Shown: piece after piece, positions 57,127 through 64,000 of the stretch
Numbering within the stretch: position 1 is the first letter of the stretch
Layout of the letters: each line of letters begins with the position of its first letter
NCBI GenBank assembly: GCA_951406725.2
Contig: OX597828.1
Coordinates: forward strand, 22,630,001 to 22,694,000
DNA: 64,000 bases
Direction: 5' to 3'
Source of the DNA: Octopus vulgaris
Lineage: Eukaryota
Position numbers and translations under genes: made by a program
The notes under the pieces: model-generated
What the model was told of the DNA's origin: nothing
Database searches by the model: none
Seen by the model: only the letters and a program-made list of their open reading frames with translations

Positions 57127-59170
57127 GGCTGCAGATAGCAAGATCGCTACGCATGCAAGACTCCAGGAGCTCCAACAAAACTTGTGATAAAGAGAAATAA
57201 TTAATAGATTAATTATTTAGAGAAAAAGCAATTTAGAGGGGAAGGTGTTATATTTATTAGCAAGATCAATACGCGGATGATAATTCATTTGAACAGCCCT
57301 GGCGAGATGAAGCAGCAAAGCTAACGTGAGGAACATCTCAGTTGAGAAGGTACCAAGTCGCAACGAATCTTGCACAACCTTTAACGACGTTCCAAATATT
57401 CTTCCATTTCAGCACTCAGGTAATTATAAGAATGGCTTCTGAGTTTGGTCGCAAAGTCAGCAAAGGGAACAGTCGATTACATTTACCTCAGTATGTGACT
57501 GAAAGATAAAGCTGCCCTCGACCAGATTTGAACACGGAGCGAAGCGTGGCAAAACAAATATCTCAATTGTGCTATGTCAAGACGGAAAATATAATGTTCA
57601 TTACAAAGCAAAGAAACGGATAACTAGATGTACATTGAGATGGAGAGGAATCTTCCGTGAACACTCATTGTACTGTTTTATTTCGTACATGATTTTATCG
57701 TCTTTAACGAATCTGGTGAACGAAATATATCAATATGTATACGTTATATAGGGAGGCTACAAAATGTATTTGTCTATTACAATGACACTAGTTAGAAAAA
57801 CTACGAAATAATGCACATGAATTTAACCAAGAATTAAAGACAGGAAGAAAACTAATCAAAGTATTCAATAGCCATAGACCCTGGATTATAAATCCCACCA
57901 CCTCTTAGACGAAACGGCGGTCCCTTGCAGGATTAGTCTTGCTATTTGAGTGGACAAGAGCAACGTGAAAGGAAGAGGTTCGCTCGAGAACACAACTCAT
58001 CACCCGATCATGGGATCGAAACAACAATGTTAAGAACTAGACCACACACCATCACAAAATTAAAAGAAAGTACGGGATTAAGCAGATATATCAAGGCTGG
58101 TGTAATGATTGCTAAATTAAGTAAAGCAAAGAGCATTAGATTGGATAGAGTCTTCGAAATGTAAGAATCAAGACAGAATGAGCCTTAAATAATTTGAGAT
58201 CAGATGGAACCGATAATATTCGATGCATGGAAATGAAGACGGGGATCTACAGACAAACTAATATGAAAAACACAACGCTATAAGTGAACCTAATGTGATA
58301 AATCGGATAATAGATCTAAATACATTAGCAATCAGAATTATAATCTATCGTTTCAACTGGAAGTTAAGTGAATAAGCGAGTTAAAACTGTAATATCCAGA
58401 AACTACAAATAATGATCCGAAGCCATCACCTCCTATCTGATAAAAGTAAAACATGCTTTTTTCCTTACTTAGGCAGGACTAATAGGAATACAAATAGATA
58501 ACTGCTACAATGCAACCTCAGTGGGAGAGGATATTTTCAAGTACAAGCGTAAGGAAAATAATATGCGTAATATTGAAACAAGGAGGAAACAATAACAAAT
58601 TTAGGCTACGATTGTTTAGTCTATAAGATATGTAGTGTACAAGTAACCAACGACTTGATTTTGGCTTCTAAATTTAAAGTTACAGGGTTATGATTTCAGG
58701 AGTACCAGCAGATATATATTTTGTACTGCGTGAGAAGTTGCGAATAATGGCAGTGTATTTAACTATGGTTCGTTCTTGTTTATTTTTCCTACTTGAATAT
58801 AGTTGAACTCCTAATTATCGATATTATTATTTTCGCTTTCATGTCTCAGAAGCAGCTGATTTCAAATCCGAGATCTTTATTCTTTGTGAATTGTGTGTCA
58901 AGTATTCTTCTGGAAGTAGTTTTCCTCTACTCAAAACATTTGCAGATGCGTATCAGTTTTGAAATTTATATTGCTGTGTAACATTTATATTTGGTACATT
59001 TTCATTGTAGGTTTGAACAGATATTACACTGGATTGCAACCGGGCCATTCACATCTTTCTTCTTCGGTATATATTTTTACTGAGTTGTATTCATGACTAC
59101 AATATTTTTCTACGTGCTTTATACAATTAATTTGAATTTCAAAAAAATTTTTTCACTGGTTGTTACTAAA

Positions 59171-59723
59171 TAGGCGTAGGAGTGGCTGTGTGGTAATTAG
59201 CTTGCTTACCAACCACATGGTTCCGGTTTCAGTCCCACTGCGTGGCACCTTGAGCAAGTGTCTTCTACTATAATCTCGGGCTGACCAAAGCCTTGTTAGT
59301 GGATTTGGTAGACGGAAACTGAAAGAAGCCCGTCGTATATATATATATGTATGTATGTGTATATGTTTGTGTGTCTGTGTTTGTCCCCCCAGCATCGCTT
59401 GACAACCGATGCTGGTGTGTTTGCGTCCACGTAACTTAGCGGTTCGGCAAAAGGGACCGATAGAATAAGTACTAGGCTTACAAACAATAAGTCCTGTGGT
59501 CGAGTTGCTCGAGTAAATGCGGTGCTCCAGTATGGCCACAGTCAAATGACCGAAACAAGTAAAACACGTAACCTAGCGGTAGGGCAAAAGAGACCGATAG
59601 AATAAGTACTAGGCTTACAAACAATAAGTCCTGTGGTCGAGTTGCCCGAGTAAAGGCGGTGCTCCAGTATGGCCACAGTCAAACGACTGAAACAAGTAAA
59701 AGAGAGTAAAGAGAGAAAGAGAG
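59171..59723 (+). mobile_element. SINE family A, full length with a tandemly duplicated 3' segment
   Basis: TAGGCGTAGGAGTGGCTGTGTGG head; segment cgtaac(t/c)tagcggtt...gaaacaagtaaaa occurs twice (~59430-59563 and ~59567-59701). Confidence 0.9.
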
Positions 59724-60189
59724 AAATTACTGAAATAACAACATAGAGAGATGCCTGTAAACATAATGTGCAGAAGCGTGCAGTTTCAAGTAATAAAAAC
59801 AAAAACCAATACACAATCAACAAAAATAAGGCCCTGAAAGTATGGACCAAGAAGACAGCACGATTTTAATCTGGATTATTTACGTATCTCTTAGAAAACT
59901 GAGAAAATAGGAAATGTAATCCACAACTCAAAACATTTCATGGGCTCAAGGCAGACGACAAGCTTGAGCCAATTTCAGCTGGGAAGTAATGGAGACCTAC
60001 GAAACTCACAATAAAACAGAACAACAGCAAGAAGAAGAAAAAAGAATAATAATAATAAGAAGAAGAATTAGAAGAAGGTGTTTGAGAACAAGACGGAACC
60101 CAGCAATAGTAGTAAAATTTCAATTTTCGTCATCATCATCACCATCATCACCATTATCCTCAACACGTTACTCGTTGCTAATTATTACT

Positions 60190-60772
60190 GGCGGCGAGCT
60201 GGCAGAAAGGTTAGCGTGCCGGGCGAAATGCTTTGCGGTATTTCGTCTGCGTTACGTTGTGAGTTCAAATTCCGCCGAGGTCGACTTTGCCTTTCATCCC
60301 TTCGGGGTCGATAAATTAAGTACCAGTTACGCACTGGGATCGATGTAATCGACTTAATACCTATGTCTGTCCTTGTTTGTCCCCTCTGTGTTTAGCCCCT
60401 TGTGGGTAATAAAAAAAGAGAAATAGGTATTTCGTCTGCCGTTGCGTTCTGAGTTCAAATTCTGCCGAGGTCGACTTTGCCTTTCATCCTTTCGGGGTCG
60501 ATAAATTAAATACCAGTTACGCACTGGAGTCGATATAATCGAATTAATCCGTCTGTTTGTCCTTGTTTGTCTCCTCTGTTTAGCGCCTTGTGGGTAGTAA
60601 AGAAATAGGTATTCCGTCTGACTTTACGTTCTGAGTTCAAATTCCGCCGAGGTCGACTTTGCCTTTCATCCTTTCGGGGCCGATAAATTAAGTACCAGTT
60701 GCATACTGGGCTCGATCTAATCGACTGGACCCCTCCCCAAAAATTTCAGGCCTTGTGCCTATTGTAGAAAAT
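60190..60772 (+). mobile_element. SINE family B, trimeric form with (ATT)n tail
   Basis: Head GGCGGCGAGCTGGCAGAAAGG; three units starting GTATT(T/C)CGTCTG at ~60238, ~60428 and ~60609, each with GAGTTCAAATTC and GCCTTTCATCC(C/T)TTCGGGG(T/C)CGATAAATT. Confidence 0.9.
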
Positions 60773-60782
60773 ATTATTATTA

Positions 60783-60840
<58 letters not shown>

Positions 60841-61516
60841 CGCATTGAGGAAAATTAAGAGTGAGACTGCCGAGAAAAGTAATTTCAAAGGAGAAAATAT
60901 ACCGTAATGTAATCATATAGCGGCGGCTGTAACCATTCCAAGATGGCGGAAAACCTGAAGTAAACTATAACTTTATTGAAAACAACTGTTATTCAATATT
61001 TTTATTTTGTTTTTTGTGTTTTTTACAAAGCAATCTCGATCTTCATAACAACGTCAACAACAATAATAACAAGTGCAACCGCAACAACACCAAACAAGTT
61101 TAGCGGCCAAAACAATATGGACGAAAAAGAAGACTAACAGAAATTCAGTTAGAACGCCTTATTTGAGAAGGAGAATATATTATTTCGCAAAGATTATTTT
61201 ACAATCTGATGGAAGAATGTAAATATATTGGGATAAAGGAAAATTTGTTTTTGATTTTGAAACAAAGAGTTTCTTAGCGGAATTGTTAGTGAGTGATATA
61301 TTCAAAAATGATATTGAAATGTGTACAAAAATATAGGTAATATGTGGAGATATGATTTTCTGTCATAACACAAACACACGCCCAAAAAGGCATACAAACA
61401 AGTACTTAGAAATCAGCGCACAGAAACGCATATACACTGCAATATTTCGATATGATTATCTATTTTTGTCTATGTAATATATTTCGCATTTACAATTGTC
61501 TCTGTATACATTAGAA

Positions 61517-61835
61517 GGCGCATGGCTTAGTTGTAGAGCTTACGATCGTGAGGTTGTGAGTTCGAATCCCGGACCGGGCTTCGTGTTGTGTTCTTGAGCA
61601 AGACACTTTATTTCACGTTGCTCCAGTTCACTCAGCTGTAGAAATGAGTTGCGACGTCACAGATCCCAAACTGTATCGGCTGTTGCCCTTCTCTTGGATA
61701 ACACTGGTGGCGTGGAGAGGGGAGGCCGGTATGCAGGGGCGACTGCTAGACTTCCATAAACAATCTTGTGACTGGGAGTGTAACTTTCCAGGTGCAATCC
61801 TATGGTCAGTCATGAACGAAGGGGATCTCATCATG
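61517..61835 (+). mobile_element. SINE family C with TSD
   Basis: GGCGCATGGCTTAG...GAGTTCGAATCCC; TSD CATTAGAA at 61509-61516 and 61836-61843. Confidence 0.9.
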
Positions 61836-61850
61836 CATTAGAATAAATGA

Positions 61851-61921
<71 letters not shown>

Positions 61922-62014
61922 TACGCTAACACATGCACATATATACTGTTGTATTTTGGGATGGTCATTTTTATGTTCGTTCTTCACTCGTTTATTGCTG
62001 GTCATATTTTAACA

Positions 62015-62075
62015 CATGTCCATTGTCTGGAAGTCTTTCATCGCTCATACATCTATGACTTCTTCAGCGACACTT
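62015..62075 (-). mobile_element. Penelope-like remnant with a degenerate minimal hammerhead ribozyme
   Basis: Minus strand TGTCG-CTGAAGA-AGTCATAGATGTATGAGCGAT-GAAA-GACTTC-CAGACA: both core boxes, stem II TCATA/TATGA, stem I TGTC/GACA; extra bases before GAAA. Confidence 0.5.
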
Positions 62076-62327
62076 TCTATCGTCGTGTGTGCTCCTGCTC
62101 TGCTTGAACAGTAATTCACGCGTAAAGAGCGAATATAAAATGTGTGTTTGTTTATTTTGGCCAAAAACATGACTCATTCCCGAAGTACAAAATGTTACAT
62201 CATATGGTTTCACATCAGTATTCATAAACGTATATACATACATATATATATATATAAAGTTACTCGGATAATAAATTCACAAACACACACACACATATAT
62301 GTATATATGTACATACATATACATATG

Positions 62328-62380
<53 letters not shown>

Positions 62381-63496
62381 ATATGTTTAGATACAAACGT
62401 GGATATGTATATATACCCACACACGCGATCACCTACCCGATTACATATATTTACAAATGTATATACATATACACGTATAAATTCAAGGCATAAAACGGCC
62501 GACATTAACTGTGACATTTGATGTGTCAGGAGTATTGAAACAACGTGTAAAATCAACCCTGAACGGTGGATTAAGAGCTTCTGTTAAAAGCTTTTCATAA
62601 TAGATTATCTAGTACTCGCATAGTCCAATATATACTTAATCGTTGATGAAGTTATTGTATGATTCCAAATGGGATGTAGCAGTCAATTCTAGCAGAATAA
62701 GTAACATAAATGACGCCCCATACCAGGGAAGTAAAATAATGTGTCGATTGTAGTGTATTTGTTGAGCCCAACACCAGTTGCAGCGGAGTCAATCGACCAC
62801 TGAATGTTTTACAACCATAAACATAGCATCTTTTCTATTAAAATATATCTAGGAATAAGCGAGCATAAATTTCGCATTCTTTATAACCTCGGATGATCCT
62901 CGGCTGAAACGATCGGAAATAAAAATTCATCCGGCAACGTTTATTATATTTAGCAGGAGAAAATTTCCTTGTTTCTACCATAATGCCATATAGGAGTTGA
63001 CTGAGATTTGGCTACAATTTCTAGCAGTTAAGACAAGCCCTCACAGATGTTCCATCGCTAGTTGCTGCTCTTTGGGTATATGAAGATATGTAGATTTCGA
63101 GCGAGTTGTTAACGATCTGAAATATTTAAACATGTGTCAGATTCAGTGTTCGTTAATTACTACACTGATCTAATTAATGCCATTTCTGCACTAATTGAAA
63201 GAGAAATGGTGTTTATTAATATGGAATATCGGAACGGTTGCATTTATGCTAAATGCCCAGTTTCTAAACATGATGTTAATAGACGTATATTGACCTTGAC
63301 ACTCATTCCTATCTGCATTAGTGTTGTACCATCTGCCAGGTTTGTGAAGTGGCGAAATTGACAGACAGCATAGTTTGTAATAGTTAGTAAAGCAGAGAGA
63401 CAAATATGGCTGTATGGCTAAGCTGTTCACTGGACACCATGTGGTTCTACGTTCGGTTCCCGATGATTTCTACCACTGCCTATATATATATATATA

Positions 63497-63860
63497 TAGG
63501 ATTAAGAAACAGAACCTCCATAAAGTAATTCAATTAACAATGAAAGATATTATCTATAATAAAATATAAATTTAGAGTGATTGTATACTATCAACATAAC
63601 GTGACAGTCCCGTAAAGGGAATCATACACCACTATTTAGCCCTAGGAAGCATCGACGCTTCCTGTCGGCATTGACACAGTTCCTGTGTCCTCATATTTGC
63701 GAAGGGGAGACAAACACCCCCACCAGCTAGGGCTATAAATTTAATTGTATTATTAATATTGTACTAAAAATTACTATACTAAACAATGCACATTAAAACG
63801 ACGATGAACGTTTCGTGACGATATATTTAAATAGGCAATATCAAAATCGATAATCTCATG
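63497..63860 (+). mobile_element. (TA)n-flanked repeat element with a highly structured core (63597-63740)
   Basis: Bounded by (TA)n on both sides; helices TAGCCCTAG/CTAGGGCTA, GGAAGC/GCTTCC, GACACAG/CTGTGTC, TCCC/GGGA, GGGG/CCCC; homologous to 22640-22805 (-). Confidence 0.6.
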
Positions 63861-63946
<86 letters not shown>

Positions 63947-64000
63947 ATATATATATCGTTTGAGGAAAACAAATCCGAAGTAAGCCTACTTTTAGATGTG

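Noticed and set aside
61517-61580. tRNA genes at SINE heads (also 12506, 20716, 44776, 59171)
   Set aside because: A/B boxes are present but there is no complete cloverleaf, and each continues into a multicopy SINE body, some with TSDs.
63597-63680. Pistol or twister ribozyme assignment for the structured motif
   Set aside because: Only superficial word matches (TAAC, TAGCCCTA); the required helices and conserved junction nucleotides could not be placed.

Overview
AT-rich, microsatellite-saturated animal DNA. The SINE, LINE and microsatellite landscape looks like a coleoid cephalopod (Octopus); this is recognition from memory, not a database result. The only convincing host coding sequence is a 618-nt first coding exon at 2353-2970 (+). 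It encodes a type II membrane protein: short cytosolic N-terminus, signal-anchor helix, coiled coil, Asn/Asp-rich stalk, RRKR furin site, then [11 protein letters not shown] before a GTAAGT donor. This most resembles colmedin/gliomedin-type transmembrane collagens. No second exon could be identified, so the remaining ~61 kb is probably one giant intron. It holds four tRNA-derived SINE families (labelled A-D here), RTE, CR1 and R4/Dong LINE fragments, Penelope-type hammerhead remnants, hAT and mariner MITEs, a complete Helentron-type element, and many fold-back structures. The most unusual signal is a (TA)n-flanked repeat with two diverged copies (22.6 kb and 63.6 kb) sharing covarying helices in a pseudoknotted, ribozyme-like order. 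Nearly all other ORFs in the track are microsatellite artefacts.
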